Shown here: piece by piece, positions 1 to 8,607 of the stretch
How the letters are laid out: every line of letters starts with the position of its first letter
Numbering within the stretch: position 1 is the first letter of the stretch
NCBI GenBank assembly: GCA_016292335.1
Contig: JAECRX010000097.1
Location: 1 to 38,150 of the forward strand
DNA from: Candidatus Sifarchaeum subterraneum
GTDB lineage: Archaea > Asgardarchaeota > Sifarchaeia > Sifarchaeales > Sifarchaeaceae
DNA: 38,150 bases
Reading direction: 5' to 3'
Position numbers and translations under genes: made by a program
Notes under the pieces: model-generated
The model's database searches: none
Told to the model about the DNA's origin: nothing
The model's input: the letters and a program-made list of their open reading frames with translations, nothing else

Positions 1-205
1 AACGCTCGTGTGGCTAACGCTGATGGGTATCCCACTAGTCAAGTAACCTGCACGGCACGCCCAAGCAACAATTGCAGATCCGAACAGATCGGATCACTAG
101 CTATATGGATAAAGAGGTTTAAAAACACCCCGGAAGACGATAGAAAAAACGCGATTCATCTCCCCCCTGAAGGGAGAGAGCATTCTCGTTCGAACCCTGT
201 AATAA
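1..205. repeat. GC-rich hairpin-bearing island(s) cut by the window edge; possible degenerate member(s) of the GC-island family
   Basis: G+C is clearly above the local background. Hairpin tggg-tat-ccca is followed by ctagtcaag (24-43). A second hairpin tctccc-ccctgaa-gggaga lies at 158-177; its loop is the reverse complement of the family CTTCAGG loop. The 88-aa ORF 10..276 has no recognisable protein features. Confidence 0.3.
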
Positions 206-434
206 TTGAATATAGCGCCTGTTATGCGATGGTGCAATTAAAGAATAGTATATTTATGGATTTTGAATATAATTAGATCTGGTTAGATCCTAAAACCCTT
301 TGATCTCAACTGACGTTATCTTGATATTTATTCTACGTAATTCTCTTTAATCTAATAACAGTTAAAAGGCATGAAAAACGGAATATATTTGAAATAATCG
401 TCCAAAAAATAAAGCGCTGACAAAGGTACTCACA

Positions 435-2402
435 TTGAGATTTAATATTAAAAAACATGATGGTCCTGCACGACTTGCACGTCTCACCCTAAATGGAAAG
501 TCTGTGAATACACCCACGCTATTTTCTTTACCTAATTCAGTGGTTTTTTCAAATACAAGCGGTAAGATTGATGTTGATTCGGAAGACGAAATATTGGTGG
601 ATAATGACGGTATTAAAATCCTTATTCCATTCAAGTTTCAAATGCTCAAAAAGGACTTGAGAGAAATAGGTGCCAATTTATTAAGCAAAAATGCAGATAT
701 TTTGGTTTCACCTCCTTACGTATTCTCTCCTTATCACATAGATAAGGCGTTAAAGAAGAGTATCGATAGACATGTCAAAATTGCAAAAGAATGGAAAGAA
801 GTAGTTGTAGGGAAAGATGTTGCTTCATACGTTCTTGGTGGAGGTTCAGAAACTGGTCGAAAATATTGTGCGGAAGAACTTTGTAAGACTGGTTATCGAT
901 TCCTAATCCTAACATATCCCACTAGCATGTTAAGGAATCCACGTAAACTGTGCAACTTCCTTGTATCGATGAAAAAAGGAGCAGTTCCAGATAGTTTGAT
1001 TTATTTTTCAGGACCAGTTTATCCTTCATACTATGCACACCTCATATATGTTGGAATTGATACCTTTGATTCGTCAGCTTTGATTTTATCAGCTAAAAAA
1101 GGGCTAATGATTTTTCAAGATAGGATAGTTCCAGTTAATAAAATTGAGACTAATACATGCTATTGCAAGATCTGTTCAACATACGGGCCCAAAGAAATAA
1201 ATAAATTAGATCATGAAGAAAAATTTCGTACAATTTTATCCCACAATCATACAATTGCAATAAGTAAGATCAATAGAATTCGAGAAGCGATAAGGTATGG
1301 GGAATTAAGGGAATTAGTAGAGAAAGAAAATCATAATTCTCCCTCTTTAACGGCTTTTCTTAGACTACTCGATCATCAACACTACAATTTTCTTGAACAA
1401 TATACTCCTGTAGCAAAGTCAGAACCTTTAATATGCATTGGGTCTGAATCATATTACGCTCCTCAAATTCATCGCTTTAGAAAAAGAGTTCAAGAACGTT
1501 ACATGCCACTAAAAGATTTAGCTGTTGTTGTCATCTTACCATGTTCTGCCAAAAAACCCTACTCTACATCTAAAACTCATAAAAAACTCAGATATGCGAC
1601 AAAATCTGGTGCCAAAAATAAAATAGCTTCCATTGGTGAAGTAATTATTACTTCTCCTCTAGGTATTGTCCCAAGAGAACTAGAGGATGTTTATCCTGCT
1701 AACGCTTATGACATTCCAGTTACAGGCAGATGGGAAAAAGAAGAAATCGATATTACAGCTGAATGTCTTTCTTCGTATATAAATAAGCTGAATAAAGATA
1801 TTTGTGTAATTGCACATGTAGAGGGAGCACTTAAAGAGATATGTGAAATTGTAATGGAAAAAACTCGCAAGGAAATTTTGTTTACAGATATTCAAGGGGC
1901 TCTTACCTCTAAAAAATCACTTTCATCTCTTGAAAAATTAATATCAAATGTGACTATCCATTTAACTGGAGTTTTATCACCTAAATCACGAAAGATTGAT
2001 TTTTATCGAAAAATAACTGATTATCAGTTTGGCAAGGGTAGCGGAGAACTTTTAATTCAAATGAACGACCAGATAATTCGTAAAAGACAATTGACCTTGG
2101 TACAAGACAGAAATGGAATAAAAATAGCTCATTTACGAAGTTATGGATTATTTGCACTTACTATTCAAGGAGGAGAGCGGCTTCATCCTCTTGGATCTAA
2201 ATACCTCGTGAAGTTTGATGGGGAAGAACTCAAGGGAAACTCTCTGTTTGCTGTTGGAGTGTCTTACGCAGACCCTGAAATCAGACCTTATGATGAATGC
2301 CGAATATATGATGCCTTTAGTAAACTGATAGCGACAGGCCGTGCAAAAATGAGTGGAAATGAAATGGTTCAAGCGTCTTCTGGCGTAGCAGTACAATTAT
2401 GA
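435..2402 (+). CDS. arcS: Archaeosine synthase ArcS (TGT paralogue with C-terminal PUA-type region)
   Basis: 655 aa with a TTG start. The N-terminus is TGT-like (DGPARLARLTLNGKSVNTPTLF). It carries the ArcS signature PC-x3-KPY-x2-S-x2-H as PCSAKKPYSTSKTH. The C-terminal about 150 aa are PUA-like. It is convergent with a TGT catalytic gene. Confidence 0.85.
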   Translation: MRFNIKKHDGPARLARLTLNGKSVNTPTLFSLPNSVVFSNTSGKIDVDSEDEILVDNDGIKILIPFKFQMLKKDLREIGANLLSKNADILVSPPYVFSPYHIDKALKKSIDRHVKIAKEWKEVVVGKDVASYVLGGGSETGRKYCAEELCKTGYRFLILTYPTSMLRNPRKLCNFLVSMKKGAVPDSLIYFSGPVYPSYYAHLIYVGIDTFDSSALILSAKKGLMIFQDRIVPVNKIETNTCYCKICSTYGPKEINKLDHEEKFRTILSHNHTIAISKINRIREAIRYGELRELVEKENHNSPSLTAFLRLLDHQHYNFLEQYTPVAKSEPLICIGSESYYAPQIHRFRKRVQERYMPLKDLAVVVILPCSAKKPYSTSKTHKKLRYATKSGAKNKIASIGEVIITSPLGIVPRELEDVYPANAYDIPVTGRWEKEEIDITAECLSSYINKLNKDICVIAHVEGALKEICEIVMEKTRKEILFTDIQGALTSKKSLSSLEKLISNVTIHLTGVLSPKSRKIDFYRKITDYQFGKGSGELLIQMNDQIIRKRQLTLVQDRNGIKIAHLRSYGLFALTIQGGERLHPLGSKYLVKFDGEELKGNSLFAVGVSYADPEIRPYDECRIYDAFSKLIATGRAKMSGNEMVQASSGVAVQL

Positions 2403-2447
2403 CCTTTGTCATCCCATATGAGTCCAATTAATTCGGCAACTCGATGA

Positions 2448-3533
2448 CTAGCGATTTGAAAGCCTTTTTTGGGCATATTTGAAGAGGTAATATAATCCAC
2501 TATTTTTAAACACTTTATAAACAAGATCAAATACTTTATGTGACATCACAGCATTTCTAAATTCAAATACACCTCGCTGATAAACATATCCGTTGTGAAT
2601 TCCACGAAGTTTTAACCCTTCGATACCCCTTTGTTTCAGCTGTTCAAATTCGTGTGTTGAACAAACAGGACAAGAACATTCTTCCTTTTCAAATTCTTCT
2701 CGTGTGATTGTCTTATGTGCAGGTCTTTTTTCATTTTTGCTACGATAAGCGATGGCTCTTGGGCCAGTATTGGTCAAATGAATACTTCCAAATCTAGCGT
2801 TGTGAATCCAAGCCATAGAATCAACGCTATCAACTCCAAGATAAAAAAAGAGGAATGAAAGCAAATAAGATACTCCAAAACAATGAATAAACGACTCTGG
2901 GTAAATTTTTCTTATATCTAGAATGAGGTCAACTATTTTTTTTCTATTTGAGTACATCAGAATTGGGACAAATGATCCTAAAGCTATATATTTTGACTCA
3001 CCAAAATCTTCGATTTGTTCTTTAATTTGTTCTACTTTATAACCATGGAAAACTGGGATAAATGGAGCTTTGTAATTTTCGCCCCAGTATATGTTACTTT
3101 TTTTTGTTTCACCAATTCTTCTGAGGATTTCATTCATATCTATTCCTGGTTTTAAGGGAAAATCTAATGGAATTGCTATGTTTGGCTTCATTTCTGTTTG
3201 AACTCTTATTATTTCATCCTTTTCGATTTTTAGATCAAGTTGCTGAAATTGGTAACCTCCAGAATCCATCATAACTAAATTTTCAAAGTCAATAAGTTTA
3301 TGGATTAATTGATCTTTTGAATGTTTTTTGTTATTTGCATTTACATCAATTGCATTTACCATAACTGCTTCAACATCATAACCAGAAATACCATTATCCT
3401 TTTTCCAAGGTATAGGGTTTCCTCTTCCCAAAGAATATCCTAAAAACATCAACGGGGTGTCTACTTTTATATCATTAGTCCTTAAAACACCTTTTCTGGC
3501 TAAACCACACGTTTCTTTCACTATAAAATCCAT
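2448..3533 (-). CDS. tgtA: tRNA-guanine(15) transglycosylase (ArcTGT), catalytic domain only, no C-terminal PUA extension
   Basis: 361 aa with an ATG start. N-terminus is GLARKGVLRTNDIKVDTPLMF. It has the DSGGYQ active-site motif and the zinc motif CSCPVCSTH. Confidence 0.85.
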   Translation of the reverse strand: MDFIVKETCGLARKGVLRTNDIKVDTPLMFLGYSLGRGNPIPWKKDNGISGYDVEAVMVNAIDVNANNKKHSKDQLIHKLIDFENLVMMDSGGYQFQQLDLKIEKDEIIRVQTEMKPNIAIPLDFPLKPGIDMNEILRRIGETKKSNIYWGENYKAPFIPVFHGYKVEQIKEQIEDFGESKYIALGSFVPILMYSNRKKIVDLILDIRKIYPESFIHCFGVSYLLSFLFFYLGVDSVDSMAWIHNARFGSIHLTNTGPRAIAYRSKNEKRPAHKTITREEFEKEECSCPVCSTHEFEQLKQRGIEGLKLRGIHNGYVYQRGVFEFRNAVMSHKVFDLVYKVFKNSGLYYLFKYAQKRLSNR

Positions 3534-3981
3534 ATTTTACCCCTCCGACAAAAACAAATTAAAACGAGAGGGTACCCAATTTAATTGTCTAATCTTTTAA
3601 AATTTGCGACTTAAATTTTTTTCTCAAAAAAACGAAATTAAGTTGGGTCTAACAGAATTTTACTTTGTTTTATCGGATTAAGTGAAATTCAGGGGGGTTG
3701 AGTGAAGTAATCTATTTGAATAAAAAGAAGCATGTGTCTGAGAATTGAGAAACACTCGTGTTGCAAATCAATGCTGTTTTCATGGCATTTTCGGGCCCTA
3801 TGAGATATATTCATGCATTTTTAGTGTCAAATTTCATAAGATAGATCTTCTTACACACAAAAATGTATTATGGACCGTTCATTCATGTGCTAGACTTCTT
3901 AATCACAGAACATAAACATTAAGTAAAAATGGTTTTGTATGATTAATTTGAAAAACTCTTTAGGCAAAATTCAGACTTGCC

Positions 3982-4518
3982 ATGAAAAAAGATTTCTTCC
4001 TAAATTGCGAGGTTCGATATTTGCGAAAAGAAGATGAAAATAAGCTGATCAAAAAACTGGATGAAATGACCAGCGATACTTCAATTTGCCTAGACGATAT
4101 TGGAAAAATGATCAAGAAAATCCACATTGAACTATCAGAAACTAAAAAGAAACTTAAAAAAGAAATAGCCGAATTGAAGAAAAAAATAAATAATTTAGAA
4201 AAAAAACTTGAATTAATAGATGAACAAAGCATAATCTCTGAAATAAGTTCAAAATTTGATAATAAATTGACTAATCTTGAAGTAAAAATAGAAACAATCA
4301 GAGGGATAGTTCAAACAACCCTGTTGGAAAAAAAAATTCTAAGTGAAGAAAGTAAAACAGATGAAATCTCATCAGTTTATGAAGATCTATTACCTCTTGA
4401 AGATCTAAGTTTAGAAATAGAAGATTTGAACGAAACAGACCAAAATACTAACCAAACGACATCAACCAACCATCAAATAGAAAGAAAAAAACAGACTCCG
4501 AGAAGAAAGAACTTTTGA
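3982..4518 (+). CDS. Hypothetical coiled-coil protein with acidic/polar tail
   Basis: 178 aa with an ATG start. It has heptad-like K/E/L-rich composition (KKKLKKEIAELKKKINNLEKKLELIDE). No family was recognised. Confidence 0.45.
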   Translation: MKKDFFLNCEVRYLRKEDENKLIKKLDEMTSDTSICLDDIGKMIKKIHIELSETKKKLKKEIAELKKKINNLEKKLELIDEQSIISEISSKFDNKLTNLEVKIETIRGIVQTTLLEKKILSEESKTDEISSVYEDLLPLEDLSLEIEDLNETDQNTNQTTSTNHQIERKKQTPRRKNF

Positions 4519-4599
4519 AAGCACTCAAAAAAATAGAATCTCTCTAGAATTATCTCCAAAATTTACAAAGAATTCACTAAAAAATAGGAGAGACTCATC

Positions 4600-5151
4600 T
4601 TGTTCTACGACTATAATGAAAAATCACCAAAAATCCATGAGACTGCCTTTATTCATCCAACTGCTCTTGTTGTTGGAGATGTTGAAATTGATAGAAAAAG
4701 TTCAATATGGACTGGATGCATTCTCCGAGGGGATCTTGGAAAGATAAGAATAGGTGAATATACCTGTATACAAGATCGATCAATTCTACACCCCGGCGAG
4801 GTCTTTTTATTTGAAGAGGAGAAAATCATACATAAGCCAATAACTATCGGAAGTAATGTACTGATCGGAAAAAATGTAGTAATTCAAGCGAGTTATATAG
4901 GTGACTTGGTTGTCATAGAATCAGGTGCAACAATTGAAAAAGGAGTTCAAATTAACGAAGGAGCTGTTATTGGGCAAAACTCTTTTGTGCCCGCAAATTT
5001 TGTAGTAGCTCCACAAGCAGTTTTAATTGGAAATCCTGCACGAAAACTCAGAACAATCGATAGAGGCACTTTGGAGCAACATAGAGAAATAACATGGCTG
5101 TTTGCAAAATATGCGGAACAATATCAAACAAAAAAATTGAAGAAACGATGA
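4600..5151 (+). CDS. Left-handed beta-helix (hexapeptide repeat) protein, gamma-carbonic-anhydrase/PaaY-like but lacking the conserved His pair
   Basis: 183 aa. Motifs are IHPTALVVGDVEI, SIWTGCILRGDLGKIRIG and CIQDRSILH, with repeated [LIV]G hexapeptides. The usual GH..LHG position reads GKNVVIQAS. Confidence 0.8.
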   Translation: MFYDYNEKSPKIHETAFIHPTALVVGDVEIDRKSSIWTGCILRGDLGKIRIGEYTCIQDRSILHPGEVFLFEEEKIIHKPITIGSNVLIGKNVVIQASYIGDLVVIESGATIEKGVQINEGAVIGQNSFVPANFVVAPQAVLIGNPARKLRTIDRGTLEQHREITWLFAKYAEQYQTKKLKKR

Positions 5152-5169
5152 AGATAAATTTTACATCCC

Positions 5170-5973
5170 TTAGAGCGGATATAATTTCCAAAGTTTTCCG
5201 GAGTCAAAAAATATAAATTCTGTATCTGTAAATTCAAGAGATAAAATCTTGGAAAATCTTCTAAAACCCGGTGTTTCAAGATAATATGATTGGACGCAAA
5301 TTAGTTTCATTCCTATTTCTAGAGCGTAACGAGCAATATTTTGAGGTAAATCCCCTGTCAAGAAGGTATCTACTCCTCTTTGGCTCGCTCGCTTAATCCA
5401 TTTAATAGTACTCCTTCCAAAATTTTCAGAGACAAGCAGTATTTTAGATACTGGGTTATCAATATTACCTACAAATTTGATCTTCTCTGCATTTATTCTC
5501 TTTAGTAATAAAGTTAATAGTTGATCTAGGATAATCTCCTTAGGTGGTTTAAGAATCCTACCAAACGGAATTCCATTAACTTCAAAAATATCCACAACCT
5601 TAAACCCCATGATTTCTGCAAGTGTATCATTTATTCCATTTTCAGCGCAGTCCAAATTAGTGTGAACAGTGAAACAAAAAATATTTTCTTTGAGCAGGAG
5701 TTTTAATTTATAATATAAATGGTCTGTAATTTTGTGAATAGGAAACTGCAAAAGGGGGTAATGTGTAATCAACAAATCTGCGTTAATTTGAGAACATTTG
5801 ACGACTGCCTGTTTGCTAGGAGCTAAAGAAACAATGCACTTTCTTATTTTCTTATTTTCTAATTTATTTGTATTTGTTACCCCCAATTGCATTCCTATTG
5901 GATCATTTGAAAAAGCCAATGACGAAGGGGCATGAGTTTCAATTGTATTCACAATTGCACTGAGATTTGTCAT
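5170..5973 (-). CDS. NIF3/DUF34 family dinuclear metal-centre protein
   Basis: 267 aa with an ATG start. The N-terminus (IETHAPSSLAFSNDPIGMQLG) and ADLLITHYPLL match the NIF3 pattern. Size is typical. Confidence 0.75.
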   Translation of the reverse strand: MTNLSAIVNTIETHAPSSLAFSNDPIGMQLGVTNTNKLENKKIRKCIVSLAPSKQAVVKCSQINADLLITHYPLLQFPIHKITDHLYYKLKLLLKENIFCFTVHTNLDCAENGINDTLAEIMGFKVVDIFEVNGIPFGRILKPPKEIILDQLLTLLLKRINAEKIKFVGNIDNPVSKILLVSENFGRSTIKWIKRASQRGVDTFLTGDLPQNIARYALEIGMKLICVQSYYLETPGFRRFSKILSLEFTDTEFIFFDSGKLWKLYPL

Positions 5974-6067
5974 TATTCCTGCCTCTTACATAATTTACAT
6001 ATAATGGAAATAAAAACACAGTCACACTCCAAATTAAAAGTAAAAAGGATAGATAGAAATGTCAGAG

Positions 6068-6164
6068 GACGTAAAATAATACGTCACCGAGAGGTTAAGG
6101 AAGGCCGGATACGGGAAATCCGTATGTCCAGTTTGACAGGAAGTAGGAGGGAGTAATCCCTCCC
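6068..6164 (+). repeat. Three consecutive GC-rich hairpins, the middle one followed by AGTTTGAC; possible short relative of the GC-island family
   Basis: Hairpins are gacgta/tacgtc (6068-6085), ggatacgg-gaaat-ccgtat(gt)cc (6107-6129) followed by agtttgac (6130-6137), and ggaggga-gtaa-tccctcc (6146-6163). They lie in the divergent spacer between the NIF3 and rsmB-like genes. The overlapping ORF 5932..6156 looks spurious. Confidence 0.3.
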
Positions 6165-6342
6165 ATTTACCCTGCTATGAAACATTCTTATCGCATTGGC
6201 ACCCTCGTCTCCTGACTTGCATAATCTTTGAATTTCATGAAAATATCAATCAAAAAAAGGGAGATTTTTTGATTAATAAACAATCTATCGCAGTCGAAGC
6301 ACTTTATGAAATAGAAATTAATAAATTTCAGCAAGGTTAGCT

Positions 6343-7599
6343 ATGAATCGAGTATCAAAAAAATATGGCATAAGAGATTGGAAGAAAAGAAGTTCAATTC
6401 ATGCTTTGGTATTAGAAACCGTAAGAAGAAAGAATGTAATTGATAGGTTTCTTTCACTAGCACTAAAATCTGGTTCAATACACAAAACTCATCCAATACT
6501 GCGAAACATTCTTAGAGTAGCAACTTATGAAATGAAATTTACAATGACTTCTCCACAATTGGCAACAGATACAGCCGTTAAAATTGGTAAAGAAAAACTA
6601 GGTGAAAAACAAAGTAAATTTATTAGTGTATTACTTGGAGAAATAGAAAAAATTGGATTACGCAATTTATATCGTGAATTCGGAGATATTGAAAGAGATA
6701 GCTTACGCTATTATTTTCCGGTCTGGTTTGTAAAATACCTGATAAAACTTTTTGGTGGAAGAAATTCTACTATAAATTTTCTTCAAAAAAGTAATACATT
6801 GCCAAGAGTTTTTATCAGGGTGAATACACTGAAAATAACAAGGAAAAAACTCATTAGAATGATGGAAAAAGAAGGAATCAAGTGTAAGGTGGATACAGAT
6901 TTAGAAGATGTTATAGAAATTCTAAAAACAGAAAAACCAATAGTAAGACATCCTTTACATTACAAAGGTTTTTTTACTATTCAAGATAAATCTTCAGCAT
7001 TGGCTTCTCATATTTTACACCCAAATCCAGGTGAAACTGTTCTTGATATTTGCGCAGCACCAGGCAGTAAAACAACTCATTTAGCACAATTGATGAAAAA
7101 TAATGGAAAAATTGTTGCCATAGACATCTCACAGCGAAGAATGAAAGAATTAATTCGGAGAACGAAAGAATTTGGTATTAAAATAGTACAACCTATTGTT
7201 ATGGACGCAAAAATGCTCAATCTTAAAAGAAAATTTGATAAGATTTGCGTGGATCCCCCATGTAGCAGTACCGGCGTTTTATGGTCTAGACCGAGCCAAA
7301 GGTGGAGGATCACTAAAAGATTAATTGAAAAATTTTCGCGATTACAGTATGATATCTTGTCTTCCTCTGCGAATTTCATCCGAGAAGGTGGGCAGATCAT
7401 TTATTCAACATGTTCAGTTACGATTGAAGAAAATGAAATGGTGATCGAAAAGTTCCTTAAACACAATCCGGATTTCCAATTGAAATCTTCAGACCCCATG
7501 ATCGGTCAGCAAGGTTTTCGCGGACTAACGGAATGTCAAAGACTTTTTCCACACAAACATGGTACTGAAGGATTTTTTATAGCAACAATGGTTTGTTGA
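6343..7599 (+). CDS. RsmB/NOP2/Sun-family RNA cytosine-C5 methyltransferase (N-terminus possibly frame-broken, see findings)
   Basis: 418 aa. It has a NusB-like N-terminal region, the SAM site DICAAPGSKTTHLA, motif IV DPPCSSTG and motif VI YSTCS. Confidence 0.85.
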   Translation: MNRVSKKYGIRDWKKRSSIHALVLETVRRKNVIDRFLSLALKSGSIHKTHPILRNILRVATYEMKFTMTSPQLATDTAVKIGKEKLGEKQSKFISVLLGEIEKIGLRNLYREFGDIERDSLRYYFPVWFVKYLIKLFGGRNSTINFLQKSNTLPRVFIRVNTLKITRKKLIRMMEKEGIKCKVDTDLEDVIEILKTEKPIVRHPLHYKGFFTIQDKSSALASHILHPNPGETVLDICAAPGSKTTHLAQLMKNNGKIVAIDISQRRMKELIRRTKEFGIKIVQPIVMDAKMLNLKRKFDKICVDPPCSSTGVLWSRPSQRWRITKRLIEKFSRLQYDILSSSANFIREGGQIIYSTCSVTIEENEMVIEKFLKHNPDFQLKSSDPMIGQQGFRGLTECQRLFPHKHGTEGFFIATMVC

Positions 7600-7694
7600 C
7601 TACTCCCTTTACAGGAATGTAAGGACTTTCATTTTTTCGCTTTGTTCTCGATCCGTCATCAAAAGTAATACTTCGCATTAATATAGATTATCTT

Positions 7695-7908
7695 AAGGCG
7701 ATTCCCCCTTTAGGCAGGGGAGAACTGTGGTTTGGTAATACACCCCCTCCCTTTAGGGAGTTTTGGTACAAAACAGACCTTAGCCTCAGAACAGTGCCTA
7801 AGAAAGATTCCCTTCCATTTCGGAGCACCCTTGGATGCGTGCCATCGTAGGTTTTTCCTAGCCTACCTCGCCTTGTGGTCGCTCACCCTTCAAGGTGGAA
7901 TAGTTGAC
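7695..7908 (+). repeat. GC-island element, full-length copy A
   Basis: 5' hairpins are ttcccc-ctttaggc-agggga and ccctccc-ttta-gggag. The central block gtgccatcgtagg is shared with copy E. The 3' signature is gctcacccttcaaggtggaatagttgac (7881-7908). It lies between convergent genes. ORF 7732..7929 is an artefact of the high G+C. Confidence 0.5.
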
Positions 7909-7935
7909 GCGCTTACGGAAGTTATTTAACAAAAA

Positions 7936-8592
7936 TTAGACTAAGACTATTCCTTTTTCACGTTCTATTTTAAAGGGCATATATTTATGTGTAAATTTTG
8001 TTCTGTGAAGTTTAGATACGCGAAGGTATCCGTCGTACTTTTCAACGTCGCTAGGGACCAAATCAATTATTCCATCATATATTGTTCTTGCCGCAACTTC
8101 TAAGCTGGGCGGTATCCCGCCTTTGGTGTAGATCGCCATTCCTACTGATTCATATTGCCATAATCGTTCACGCCAAACCCTTGTGCTGAGTAAAGTATAT
8201 GAAGGTGGAGATAAGTGGACTAAGGGTGTTACTACGATTCCTAGGCGATCGACTCCGCCCAGTTTTTCAACTTCCTTTAATAGAAACCTGCTTACCGCAT
8301 TGAGGTCATTAAACATTTGACCAGGAATCTCAAGGATTTTAAGACTTTTATCAATATATGGCTCAACATTCCAGCCGAATTCTTCCATACTGCGTTTTAC
8401 GATATATTCAGTTTCCGTGGTGGCTACGTATAAACATTTTTCATTATTTTTAGCCCCATAATATACAAATTGTTCGGCTAAAATAGTTTCCGCGTAACCA
8501 TCAAAGCCCCATATCGACAGGAAACTTCCTTTGGGAAAGCCTCCTTCGATCGTTTCATCGAGTCCGGGAATTCCAGATCGAACTTTTTCCAT
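7936..8592 (-). CDS. KaiC/RecA-superfamily paralogue with degenerate Walker A (probably non-catalytic)
   Basis: 218 aa. The N-terminus SGIPGLDETIEGGFPKGS is KaiC-like. The P-loop position reads WGFDGYAET instead of GxxGxGK[ST]. It starts 15 nt downstream of the active paralogue, behind a GAGGT SD. Confidence 0.7.
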   Translation of the reverse strand: MEKVRSGIPGLDETIEGGFPKGSFLSIWGFDGYAETILAEQFVYYGAKNNEKCLYVATTETEYIVKRSMEEFGWNVEPYIDKSLKILEIPGQMFNDLNAVSRFLLKEVEKLGGVDRLGIVVTPLVHLSPPSYTLLSTRVWRERLWQYESVGMAIYTKGGIPPSLEVAARTIYDGIIDLVPSDVEKYDGYLRVSKLHRTKFTHKYMPFKIEREKGIVLV

Positions 8593-8607
8593 TGTAAGAC
8601 CTCTTAT

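Noticed and set aside
185-205. T-loop-like strings cgttcgaaccc (about 190-200) and ggtgcgaatcc (about 22412-22422), considered as tRNA genes or fragments.
   Set aside because: No acceptor stem, D arm or canonical 7-nt anticodon loop with U33 can be drawn around either string.
10-276. ORFs lying inside GC-rich islands: 10..276 +, 5932..6156 +, 7732..7929 +, 17332..17556 +, 30015..30332 -.
   Set aside because: They exist because GC-rich sequence lacks AT-rich stop codons. Their sequences have no family motifs and odd composition. They coincide exactly with the hairpin-rich repeat copies. The apparent similarity between two of them (LQGGIVD / LQGGVVG) is explained by the shared nucleotide signature.
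6107-6129. A hairpin with a GAAA-containing loop and a 2-nt 3' bulge, resembling group II intron domain V.
   Set aside because: There is no AGC catalytic triad at the stem base, no GUGYG 5' end, no domain VI with a bulged A, and no reverse-transcriptase ORF nearby. The other family copies have different loops.
6338-6340. In-frame TAG at 6338, considered as pyrrolysine or read-through, given the nearby corrinoid methyltransferase genes.
   Set aside because: Reading through TAG in that frame hits TGA two codons later. The URO-D-like and corrinoid ORFs contain no in-frame amber codon. No pyl genes are in the window.
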